Shown: positions 41,201-53,600 of the stretch, in pieces
Layout of the letters: every line of letters begins with the position of its first letter
How positions within the stretch are numbered: position 1 is the stretch's first letter
Assembly: GCA_965235115.1 (NCBI GenBank)
Contig: OZ249445.1
Span: forward strand, 11,718,001-11,782,000
Origin: Laetmonice hystrix
Taxonomy: Eukaryota
Direction of reading: 5' to 3'
Length of the DNA: 64,000 nucleotides
Notes under the pieces: model-generated
Database searches by the model: none
What the model saw: the letters and a program-made list of their open reading frames with translations, nothing else
What the model was told of the DNA's origin: nothing
Made by a program: the position numbers and the translations under genes

Positions 41201-44200
41201 AATTCGTTGCCATTATATGTGCTTACAGGCATGAGGGGAGGCGGAGACAGTGAGGAGACGAACGGCGCACTCAACGACCTAGGCGGCCATATCGATCAAG
41301 CGGCCACTCAGCCCAAGGGCACGCCTCCCGAGCGAGCCCATTGGCTGCCTAACAAATAAGTACCCTGACGTCACACCCGCCGGCAAATCAGGTTCAACAG
41401 CGACTTGAACCCGACAACCATACCCCTGCCCACTCGCTCAGCTACTCGTGACTCGGGCCCTCAAGTTGTGGGCGCACAAGGGGACTCATTGAAAGAACAT
41501 CCTAACCCTTCCATCCCACCAAGCCCCACCCCTATAACGCTTTGTGTTATATTTTACACAATGTATTGATTTTTGAATAATCCCCAAACGCCAACAATTG
41601 TAATGTTGAGCAGGATTTCCCGCCATCAATGTGTGGAGAGAACGGTACAGAATTAGCGCCAGTTCCGTTAATTGTGGTTCCTATTGCTCAACACAACTGT
41701 GGCTACATAAGAGCTGTTCTCTGATCCCTGAGTAGGCTCAGTTTGGCTATAGATCCCAATTGTACCTTCCATTTGGTAGCTGTTATCAGCTCTCCACACG
41801 CAACCCTTGCTCACCGCAATCCTCACTCATTACATCCACAAGCTCAGCCCACGAAACAACATCACAAATTTAACTCCATTTCCTCGCAGTGGGATTGTCT
41901 GCATGCTAATATTGGTCGCTTTGATCTTGGCATGGATATTGCATAATGGCCTGAGAGGCGGTATTAGAGTTGCATTGGATTTCCTGTTGCGACCGGCCAG
42001 ATGGAATACGGTACGCCTATTATAAGAGCATCACAAGCTCTTAACATTACACGACAAAATTGTTGGCATCCATGTGACTCCTCCACCATGTCAAGGACAA
42101 ATATATACAGGCGGGTTGAACACTGGTTCTGATCTAGAATATATCACATTTTAGGTAGACTACAAAATATTCCTGAATTTATCAAGTATAGAATTAGAAA
42201 TTAACAAAACTTTCTAAGGTCTGTATATATTTTACAAAACTGCATAAAACAATCGCGAACTATAATTACCCACAAACATTTTCAGAGACATAATTTACCA
42301 ACGTGTTTTATCTGCAAAGGTGCAGTATATTATAGGCCGAAGAATTCATGTGTATAATGCTCTCGCTCTTTCACAGAAAATAGTGCCAAGTATCTGTATC
42401 CTGCACACTTCATGAGCTAGATTATCTCCACATTCAATTTCCATTGGCTAGTTTTCAAATGTCATGTTTTGTCCCAGTTATCTGGGCGGCTGGACCAGAT
42501 TGGTCGGGGTCCGATTAGCTGTCTTCTGACTCACCCTTTGATCTTACGGATGAATCATAAACGGATGTTATTCGTCTGAAACAATGAGCATAGACCCAGG
42601 GACTGATAACCCATTCTACTTTTTTGTATTTGTCCACTATGCATGTCTCTGGTATAGGGAGGTCTATATTTATGTATACATAATTTCAGTCTCTTATAAT
42701 TATAGGACATATCTGTATACGGTCAAGGCCGACAGAGGAGTATTAAAACGAGTCATCAGTACTTAAGTAAAGTATAGGCCTACACAATTTAGTACATACT
42801 ATATCTAAATACGATATACATTTTATGTACAAGCTATTATATGTGAATGTGCAAACATAATTGTCATTCTTGAATGCACGTTGGCACGTATATCTTTGCC
42901 CAATTATACATTATAAGTGATATAACCCCCATTCCTTCATCTATCTATAGACGCACATAAATCATATATAATCATATGTATAATATAGCGAGGTATTACA
43001 GCCATTCGCAGATATATACATAGATACATGAATACATAGATCTATACGTGTATTCAAGTCCCCATGTATTACAGTACACGTCTAGTATACAATGTATACT
43101 AGACTAGTATACTTCCTTATGTAACAAAATCTTGGGTATAGACTCTATCTATTATTGTATCCAGTAACAAACCAATTATGTGTTATACAGTTTGCTCGGA
43201 ATCCTAGCGTGTGATATCATTATTCGCCTTCACCATGTTCAATCCAGCATATCAGTACCACTGGCTTGTCCACCACTGTGGCTTCCCTGACTGGGCGGGT
43301 GGTGGCGCGAGTCGCGGCCTGTTCGCGGGGCAGTGGCCCGCCCTTGTTACTGAGGACTGCATGCACAGCCAGTGTTGGTTGGACGTAGTCCAGGTCGGAT
43401 CACCGACACTCGAGTCGCCAGTCCCGCCAGCGTTCAGTTGCCTGGCGGACGCCCATGTATTGTCCACACCTTGGACTGCGACTGGTGGAGCGGAAGACCA
43501 CGTGGTGTCCCATATGTGGAAGTTGCTAACAATGGTGGAATCAACAATTCCATGCACATGTCAGGCCCCCTCCTGCTGGCTTTGTCAGCCAGGGCCTGGG
43601 AATTCGGCTGGGAACAGGACATATGGGAGGGTGGCGAGTTTCACTGTATGTTACACAACAGGGACGATATTACTGATTTTCACAACATGCACAACATAAT
43701 GGTCCTACAGAAAACTACACAGCATCACAACTGCACATGTATAAAACAGTACTTCAAATTGCATGGTGAAAATATACATGCACCGTAAGGGCCCGGGGTG
43801 TACTTTTATAAAAGTATAATTTAACACTAGGCCTAGATGTCTTTATATAATATACTGCTGTGTTGGATGGTCCAAACCCCAGAAAAACGGCGCTATTTTG
43901 TCAGCTGATGATCTGGCTGGTTTGTGTAAGCCGAGCTCGGACCACCTCCCATTTATTGAGGCTGCTCGAGGCAGCCGTAGCAGCAGTCATTAGGGTGTGG
44001 GCTACAGTCAAGTCGGCCCTCTTTACCTCCTATCTTCCTACACACAAGCCAACGTAAATTGAATGCCATGCCCCGGCGCACATTGTATTTAAGCCGACTG
44101 GCCTGACATTCATTTTTGATTGTCGCTGTCCCCGCGCCAGTCAAGTGGATTTCGGGTCTGGCTTTAAAACAAGACGGGGGAGTAAAGACTGGATGTTGGG

Positions 44201-45428
44201 CGGGGAAGAAAGGCAGCCTTGATTGTCCAGCTTTGCTCTTATCAGCCCCAGACCTGCTGACCAACGGCGGCCTACTGCAAATCCGGCAATAGATGAAGGC
44301 CTGGAGGCTCGCGCCATGATGGCATAATGAGAGCACTTGGTGCTGCAGCAAGACAAGAATAAGGAAGCCGACATAACTGGCTCCGTAACGCTCGCACTTG
44401 TCCACACAAAGGCTCCTCTTCACCACCTCTTACAATTAACGGACGATTAAGCGGAATATTTTTATTTGAAAAAGCTACTTAAGCACAAAGGGTTGGGGAC
44501 TTTCACTGTCGAACACAGAGTAGGACTACTGCATGGTATATAGTTTTATTTCTTCCCCATTTCATTTATTTTCAAATACCTTAGATTTTCAAGAACACAG
44601 AGAAAACGAATCTATACATATATAGTTCAGTTGACCAGTTGAGGCCATGCAGAAATTCTCCCAGATATACCAGTATACCAACAAACCCTTACCGAGGGGT
44701 AGGGTAAGGTCAGGGCCTGCCAGGAACACGACACTAAAGCTTTCCTCAGCCGAACTCGAGATGCTTGAAGTCGGCACCGCTTGGGGGAAAAGGTTGTCCG
44801 AGCGGCAAGATTAAATGAACTAGGCCGTCAGCTGATATTTATTGAATAAACCTAATTAATACGTACAAGACATGAGGGTGGAGGCCTGGGAACAGGCCAG
44901 CCATATAATATACATGTGATGAAAGTAGGAAGGCTATTCACTGGTGGGACGACACTCCCAGGGTAGCCACCATAACAGCGCATTGTTGCATGCATTGCTG
45001 CAATAAACAAACACTTCAACTTTATAACACGAGAATACAAGAAGTGTGAGAGGTGGGGGAGAGGGCGTGTGTGCCATAGCTGCATGGGAACCTGAGGTTA
45101 TTTGCGCTTGACTTTAACACTGCGAGAGATACCCCAAGTGTATAACTTCTGTTTGTGTAAGTGAATATACAGTGGTAGTAGTATTTATTGACGTGACTTA
45201 GGCTATGTACATCGATTCCTTCTATATTATATTCAGAGTAGATCTACATGTATTTCAGAATGAAACAGAAATCTTATACACCTAATCAGTTGATGTGTGA
45301 CATAAGGAAAATGGTGGACGTAAGGCACCTCCAGAGTTTACCTATTATGTCGGAATGGCTAAATATTAAAGCCATTCATGATTATCTCTTAGTTCAATGA
45401 CTCTAAAATGAAGACATTGGCTGTAAGA

Positions 45429-45782
45429 TAAGGCCTTAGACTATACATAAATCAATAAATGTATACCCACAGAAATTGAGAAATCTAATGAAAGCGAACA
45501 TTCTAGTTGCCTGTTGTCGCTATGAAGCGATCGGTTTATATGGCTGATTGTTGACAAAACCGTTGACCTGGCATTGACTTGAACAGCCGATTAAATGCAT
45601 TGGTTCATCGCCTGAAGAATTTCATTGGCTGTTCAAGTCAATGCCAAGTCAACAATTTTGTCAACATCCAGCCATAAGATGATCGCTTCATAACGACAAC
45701 AGGCAACTGGAATTTTGAATTTAATTAGACTTCTCTATTTCTCTGTGTATACATTTATTGATTTGTGTAGTCTAAGGCCTTA
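45429..45782. mobile_element. Foldback MITE (~350 bp, almost entirely palindromic)
   Basis: Ends TAAGGCCTTAGACTA... and ...TAGTCTAAGGCCTTA. Arms of ~165 bp align throughout in inverted orientation (e.g. agttgcctgttgtcg, tatgaagcgatc, ggcattgacttgaacagcc) around a short central loop. TA (or TWA) at both ends. Confidence 0.8.
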
Positions 45783-46556
45783 CCTAACCTAACAGCCCAT
45801 GTCCTCATTTGGGAGTCTTTGAACTAAGCGATAATCGTAAATGGCTTTAAGGCCAAAATACAAAGAAAGTTACATATATTGACATCCTCCTAGGAATACA
45901 TAAGTCAATGTCAAAAGCACAAACGTTTAAATCCACACATGAACGCAGACGGGGTGAAACCGCAGACTTCCGATTGTTTAACATGGTGAAAGTTGCACTC
46001 AAAAATCCGTGAAGGATCTGTAGCTTGGATCTCTCGAGGAAGCACCACATGACCTGAGACTAGCACCCTTGAAAATCACGTCCCATCCGTGTTGGACCAG
46101 AGGCCGTACTCAGCGTACAGTGAACACTGAAGCCGTATAGGGAGTCCATCATTGCACGACCTCCACCAATAGAACCGAGGCTGGCACGTTGATCCCTGCG
46201 GGACCTCGTTTCCCGGACTTATCTAACCGTCGTACTGATACCAGTTACAACGCGCAGCTGAGGATAAGATCGGCAGATGAAAAGACAGAGCGCTGCCAGT
46301 GCCGAACGTCTGTCGCCAGTCTCCCACCGAGGGAGGAGGTTACAGGAGCATCTGTCAAACGGTGCGTCCGTTACGGCTCCACGTGACGTCTTCCTGCGTC
46401 CTCTATCCAACATGGCCGCCTCCTACTCCCACTTCACTTCTCATAGAGGGCGCTGCCGTCTATCTGAAGTAAATAAGAAAACAACATTGTATTTTTGGTT
46501 TGCCGAAAGTACAGGCAGCAAACATTTTATGCGAACTGTGATGATCAGGGGCGCAT

Positions 46557-46607
46557 GGGGGTCGGTGTATGGGGGTGGGGGTGGGGGGGGGGGGTCGGGG
46601 GGGGGGG
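46557..46607 (+). repeat. G-rich low-complexity tract (G4-capable)
   Basis: Multiple G5-G12 runs. Similar tracts occur near 2296-2315, 5305-5333, 34100-34120 and 47034-47046, with a C-rich one at ~35900-35965. Confidence 0.85.
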
Positions 46608-48994
46608 TAAGGACCTATACTTACTTGACAGCTACCTTTCTCTTTTATCTCACAGTGTCCTGAAATTATCCGACTTGCATCCCTTTTGCCAGATCCAACC
46701 CTTCGACCCATCCCATTCTACATTATACCTTCACCCCTTGAGTTTTATCAAATAAAATGTTACATATAAAACTAAAATGACAGTGTTCACGCCATTATAA
46801 GAGCTCAATAACCGTCTTCTATCCTTATAGATGTTCCGATCAATTACTATAAGTACATTGTATGTGAATTCCTAGGTTTCATTTACAACAAGACCAAGTC
46901 GAAGAGCATCTACCCTCCAGATTATCTTTCAATCGGCCTACATTCCAAGCCGACACAATGAACATGTGGATTTAGAAACCTGCCGGGGCGTAAAGAGGAC
47001 GGCACACGATCCACCCCCGGTGTGTGTGTGTGTGGGGGGGGGGGGGTAGAGGCGTGCCTGACAGCGCCTATATCAGTCAGACGTCCTTCTGGCTTGTTCT
47101 AATCCCGTCATCTGTCCTTGCCTCCGGCTCACAGTGCTTCAGTGCCGTATCGCGATTACCAACCAAATAGTCTAATTACGGGACAAATTGCTCATATTAC
47201 ACGACATTTGTGGCTTTGTTGAGAAGCCCGACACGAAGGTGTGGGTACAGCCCACCCTCGCTCCATTTCTCTGAACAAACCCACACTGAGACTATGTCCA
47301 TACATCACTTGTTTCTGTTACTGGAGAACTATAGCGCCACCTATTGAGAGTCCTACCCAGCGGCGTAGTCGACTGCCCTGAGACAAAGGTCTTAACTGGT
47401 GGCTTCAGTATCGGCAAGCCGTATGTGCCCTTCATATATCTCTATTATAGTACTGTCGGGTAGTCGTTTATCACTGACAGTAAGTGTTTGGTAGTCAGGT
47501 GTTGAAAGCTACCGGTCGGGCCACTGACACGCTCACAACGTGTGGTATTCTATTAAAGGTGTCGCAAGGTGAACCTCAATGTCATGGCTGACAGTCATGT
47601 GATTAATGACCTCATTACGTATGCAAAGTCTAGCCCGCCGCATGCTACATACACTAACGCTCTCCTACGTCCCGTCATTGTTGTACCCCGAGCGCGCTCC
47701 TCCCACCTGAGGCTCCCCTAAGCACCCAACTTGCACTTTTGTCTCTTCATAACATTCAGCTTTTCTAAGAAGGTCTCGCCTTTTTTAAGCGTTTTTACGA
47801 CTCTGTCATTTGTCATGCGCACTGGGGCGAATTATTGGCTGGCGCTACCATCAAGCTCTGATTGAAACTGACGATAATGACGCACAAATTGCCGCCATAA
47901 GTTTTCAGTGTCAAATGCTTTCGAAAGTCAGTACTTTAAGGGAGGGACGGAACTAAATGGAGACCCACGGATTGCCCTTGAGTGCGAAATGGGGAATGGG
48001 CGGGGAAAGGCAGACGGCATTGAATGCTCAGGCTGGCCTTTGACAACAGATGAGTATCCGGGCCCTTGTTTCTATTCGTAAAAGATATAGATTAATGTGC
48101 AAGGAGTTCTCAAACTTTGATGGCTTCTGTATAGCAGATGCCAGAAGCACTTTTCAAATTTGTAACGGATTTTTGAATTTCGGCACTGTAATTCTGCCCT
48201 GTCAGTATATAGTAGAATTCAGTTAATACACATCATGCTGATTAATTCCATTCTCAACAAGATATAATATTAGAAAGGTTTGGTACCACACAATGAGGTT
48301 CAACTTTTCTTGTTCCGAGACATTGTGGCACACCGTCTTTCCCACCATCAAACATGCATGGCGACAGTCCCCACTGCGAGCTTCATACGCCGAAGTGTGC
48401 AAACACAAAGTCGTGTCAGTAAACAGTTATATGCTTGAGACGCTCTGCAGACAACGCGTGTGCAAATAAGAGGTCAATGCGACGCTGTCATAACGTCACT
48501 CGGCCGTGGCTGTCCAATCACGGTGGGCGTTGCATGGAAGATTTGAACAATAAATCGTCCAACAAAGACTCGCCAGAGAGGCGTGGATATTTGCGGGGTC
48601 GAAAAGCCTCCTTGCCTGTGCAGTATATTACCTGAAGAGACCCAATTTTCATTGTGTGGTCAGCTATGCATGTACAAAATTTGAGGTCATTCTACTTTCC
48701 TTGCACTTTATATAGGTCCCAACCACCTGTATGTTTCTCATACCATTTTAGGTCATATATAATGCATCGCTTATCTCCAGTCTAGAAAGATCTGTATACT
48801 GTAGGACCTACAGTCAGCATCAAAAAAGGTAAAAAAAATTCATATATAGTATAAGCGTTTCTGGCTTGTTCTGCCTTAGCATACTGCGACTGCTTCCCCT
48901 GCCCTCTTTTTGCCCATCACTCTAGATCATTACATCATCAGCCATTCCAAAACCAAACTGCATCAATCGGGATTTCGCCAGTTTCAGTGCTTAA

Positions 48995-49440
48995 ACAATA
49001 ATTGACGCTGGAGATAATGATGGACAATGATTTACTCGGCAGGGTTTATAATCAATTTCATCCCTCATTATCACGTGGTCGCTCAGTGAGATAACCCCTC
49101 CTCCCCCGCAAGCAACCCTCCCTACCCCTGCCCTGATTAATGGTCGTCTCATTGACTCCCCGGGCTGGCTAATTAGGATCCGTTAATTAATTGACAAAGC
49201 CTGACCAGGTTTATCTATTGCTACCATCCTTGGTACCATAATTGCTCGGTTTGCTGGATCTGCACGATGTCGTCATGACAATGATCCGGGTGGACCCTCG
49301 CTAGAACAGTTCGGCAGTGGCGAAGAAGGTGTTTTATATCAACACAACTTAGTTAGATGTCATTAACGTAAGGTTGTCGGAGTACGCTTTGTCATGAGAC
49401 GATTAATGCGCTGTCATGACCTCAGTCCAATTAAAAGTTC
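48995..49440. promoter_or_regulatory. Homeodomain-site-dense candidate enhancer
   Basis: About ten TAAT/ATTA cores including TGATTAAT, GCTAATTAGG (49168) and TTAATTAATTGACA (49183), embedded in otherwise mixed-GC sequence. Confidence 0.4.
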
Positions 49441-50330
49441 ATTTGATCTGATAGACTGGCTCAGTGTTTGAACCTACTCCTCCATACCCATGCATTCTTT
49501 GTCTCCATCTCCTGCACGGATTCAACATAATCAGGATTGGTATAAAGTGAACAAATCGGCCACATAATATCCCTATAACCTATACACTGAGATGCAGTGT
49601 AATCCATCGACATCAGCTGCCTAAGAATGGAACTTTCTACTATTATAAGATATTGCATTTCTCAGAGAATGGCTGGGAGCTAAGATCTCAACCGGTAACT
49701 TTCTCAGTGGTGACCTTTCAGCACATTCATCGTCGATGATTCCACTCGGTAATATCGCCCAGTTCCCACGTGGTTTACTCCATGTCTGACACTGGATGTG
49801 ACCTCATACCCCCCTGGGGTAGTCGCCTGGCCCCCCATCTGCCCCCGGGTCACCCTCACGTGGGGCTACGTTCATCACGTCACACCATTTCGCCCGGTTT
49901 ATTAGATTACGTCCTCGCGGACGGCACGGAATGTCATCAGAGGAGTGGCGATTTCTGGGAAGTTTAATCAAGCCAGGTCAACCGGTGGGGACTTAAGAGG
50001 CCGTCCTCCAAACCCAGCGTGTCTATCAATCGAGCCAATGTCACGTCCTTTATCTCTGAGTCTAACCTCTTGTCCACTCCGTGTGGAATAACGGATCAAA
50101 ACAGAGCTGTATCCATGTGACAACATCACTGCTGCAAAGGTCAGGAGTATGGGTGTGTGGAATCCACAAAATATACGACGATAACTAAGCTACGTCATAT
50201 CTTATATATGGCAATATCAATCCAACTCCTTCATTCTTTATCATTAAACGTCCCTAACCCCTCCTGACCCACCCACCACCCTTACACGGGAGTACAATGG
50301 GTGAGCATAAACAAGTAAATAAAATCTTCC

Positions 50331-50682
50331 TTAAAGCTGCGGGAGAAATTCCTCAAAAAGTTACCCTTTACCCTCAGCAACACCATGTTAAAAGTTCATG
50401 TATTAACGATGAGTGGAAGTATAGTAAAATGAAGTTACAACTGGCTGTCTCGTTACCGTTCGGACCGAACGCATCTGCGAGGTGAGGCTCGTAGGGATTG
50501 CCCTAAATACCGAAAGTACTGCGTGCATTAGTCGGATGTGGTACGAACAGTAACGCGTCGGTCAGTTGTAACTATAATTTTTCATACTTTCACTCATCGT
50601 TCAAACATGAATCTTTAACAAGGTGTTGCTGAGGGCAAAGGGTACCTTTTTGGGAAACTTCACTTGCAGCTGGGAGCTTTAA
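50331..50682. mobile_element. MITE with TTAA target-site duplication and AG-starting termini (Kolobok-like ends)
   Basis: TTAA|AGCT... at 50331 and ...AGCT|TTAA at 50679-50682. Inverted arms of ~120 bp (ccctcagcaacacc / ggtgttgctgaggg; aacgatgagtg / cactcatcgtt; agttacaactg / cagttgtaact). Confidence 0.8.
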
Positions 50683-53600
50683 GACGAAGTAGATTTTCTT
50701 CTCTCAAAAGGCCCCCGGCAAGTAGTCCTGCATGGTCTGACTTCATAAATAAAAATTGGACTTTGTCAGAACAACACATACAGTTAGTTTACGAGACAAC
50801 TGGTGTTGGATCACAGGTCAAATTTCCTTTGAAATTGTTCTCTTTTATGCGAACATAATATAGGTCATCAATACCTGTATTCAATCAGAGTAGATAAAAG
50901 AACGTTTGTAAAGCTTACAGGGGGATTTACCAGGACGTATAGGGGCTACCAGCCGGTATAGTCCACTTATATATGTATGTTATGCATTCAGATAGCATTA
51001 CCAACATTCACATACTACAAGCTAAAACCGTATGCAGATATAAGAACATGATAGTGTGGCAAGCATATAGGCTGGGGTCGAGAGTAATTATCACCGGAAT
51101 AATTGTTGATAAGCTTATTTGGGGGGACTAATCCCCCAGGAGTGTTCTGTTGAGAGGCTCTTCAGAGCATTACTGCTGCTTTGAAGTTGAAACCCTACCG
51201 AGGATTGATCAGAAATCGTATTTCCCTACTCATGTTTAAACTCTGTCGTGTATAACTGTCGACCCATGGACTGTCCCGTCCTACCACCGCCTTGTGTGGC
51301 CGGCTTAGATCGTTTCAGCCGCGTCTTTTTCACCTGTCAATAGGCCGTTTTGAGGGTCTATTCCGTGGAGGTAATGAAGTCATTTTGTGGAATGCGAACT
51401 CTATCTGATGGCTTAGCGGGAGTTGTATGACAGTAAGTCGACCTGACTGGCCGCGGCTGTTTGTGTCGCCGCTATTTGCATCATTCGTTATAATGGGAGG
51501 TGGTGGCGTGCACTGACGGGAGTCAACTGAGAATAAAGGGGGTCGATGAAAGCTCGTCTTCCGACCCAATACTGACACTAAGACCAGGTATAGAGCCAGG
51601 GTTGAGGCAGTTGACTTCTTGTAACAATTTAACCATTGACTTGGCCACCATCTCCGGACTGACCATGACGCTGCCGCCCCCGGGCATATCTTCTTGTCTG
51701 TGTCTCGACCCAAATCGATTTGCCGCGTAATTTGATCCCGGCGCGTCATCTCCAGGGACAGGACAACATACGCCACACAGGAGGCCGACAGGAGGCCGAC
51801 CAGTAGACAGACGGTCTTCGTGGACCAGGCAGACACTCTCTAAGTCTGTACTGCACGGCTTAAAAACCCTGCTACACTCACCATTGCTTCAATATTAAGT
51901 GCCCCCCTCCTCTATCGTTCTCCCCCACCAATTGGGAGGATGTAATAAATTCATAGTAAAACTTTATAGTGTACTGTCATCTTCTGAACTACAAGTCAAT
52001 GCATGGAGGACAATATCCTATTTCACAGCTCAGCGCTCAACACAAGGTGGCCGATTAAAATGTTGTAGGAGCTCGGCAGACGTTAACTGCCTACATAGCA
52101 TATACCGACTGCTGTCTCTGACCATTCTGTATAATTACACCTATCTCTGGTGGCAGAGACCTGCAAAACCCGGTCCCGGCCAGCTCATAGTGCGCTCCGA
52201 ATCGGTGACCGAACTGGGCTGGAAAGACGATCCGCAAGGACGGCGCCTGATTGGCTCTAAGTGTCAGGTATACAAGTACGAATCCATTCACCCATTTAAT
52301 CACAACTGAGTGAATTCTCTCGATGGGCCTCACCAGGGGTTGGTCGAAACGGGGGCCACGACGGTTAGGGTGCCTCATTAGTATGCATGACGTCACGGGG
52401 TCGCCGTGAAGGTAACCCCGATGCGCACTGGCGAGTGACGTGTAGGGAGAATCTCCTTGTTGAGGCCCTCAGGCAAAGCGGCAACTTCAAAGAAACCCCG
52501 CCTGTCAAACGTCTTCACATCCTTTAGCCACGCCTTCATCGGGGGTAATGCAATAAACCGTCGCTTGACGAGCTCTCGATTAGAATGGCTGCTTCCATGA
52601 TTGTCGCTCAGTCTTTATCCGGCGAGCAGAGGTGGCGGACGTGAGCGTGAAAGGAGTCTCCGTCCCCAGTGTGATACCTTAATGTTGATCTTTTTCACCA
52701 GAGGGTGTAATTGTGAGCTTTAGGACGAGCTGTTCGGGAGGCATACCGATCGTACCGTCACTCTATCAGCACAGTGTTCCCGGCATGGGAAGTGGTTGCA
52801 CGGATATAGAGGATTCCACGCGTCAGGCCGAGCTTCCAGTGCCCGGCTTGTTTGACTTGCTACACTAGACAAATGTCTTCTGAATACTTCACAATTCCCG
52901 CAATTGGCAGGGCGGGAAACTAGTGGTCATCCGAGACCCCTTCAGTGCTACCTAAAACAATACGGTGCTTCCTAAGTGTTTACATGAGCACGAATGTCAA
53001 CACGGACGGCGGTACCAAAAAGAAGCCGCTGAAACAGAATACTCCAGCACGCTCCCCACAATAATACGCCCAGAAGTTACCAACAGACGCTGCCTATAAC
53101 TGGATACCCAAGGGAAACTGTGTGATTTGGGGGAAATTGTGGTCTGTACGTTGTAAACACTGCCTTTCACGGTGGCGACTACACTTGGAAACAACCTTAC
53201 CCCACCGCCAGACCCAGAGCAGGGTAAGTTGTTTGTTTATTTGTTTGCCTGTTTGCTTTAATCCAACAATTCACAGCAAACCCGGCGACTTGAGAAACAT
53301 CTCTACCAGCGAGGAATTGCTGGTGCTGAATATTTTCAACCTATTCAATGTTGGTGGTCCATAATATAGGCCTTCCTGCTGGATTTAGCTAGGTTCCTTA
53401 CGATCTCTCTCCTGGACACACGCTTTTGCCTCATGGATGAAGTTGTCAACCCGTCTGACTATATAGTGATGACAATATACATTGTACAAAAAAAGGAGTA
53501 CCAAGTGAAATGAACAACACTTTGAGGAATGTTGGCCGCTGGGCCGTGCGGTGGGTGTACACAACAGCCGGGTGCATGGCTGCACGTGCTTTGACGCCAA

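Noticed and set aside
43211-44426. Overlapping 100-160 aa ORFs on both strands
   Set aside because: Several frames are open at once because of local GC richness; no motif or coherent splice structure.
51157-51172. GGCTCTTCAGAGC resembling a histone 3' stem-loop
   Set aside because: The loop is 2 nt instead of 4 and there is no histone ORF upstream.
51330-51836. 168-aa ORF with hydrophobic, signal-peptide-like N-terminus
   Set aside because: The hydrophobic stretch overlaps an 11-bp duplication, the start is not ATG, and no family is recognisable.
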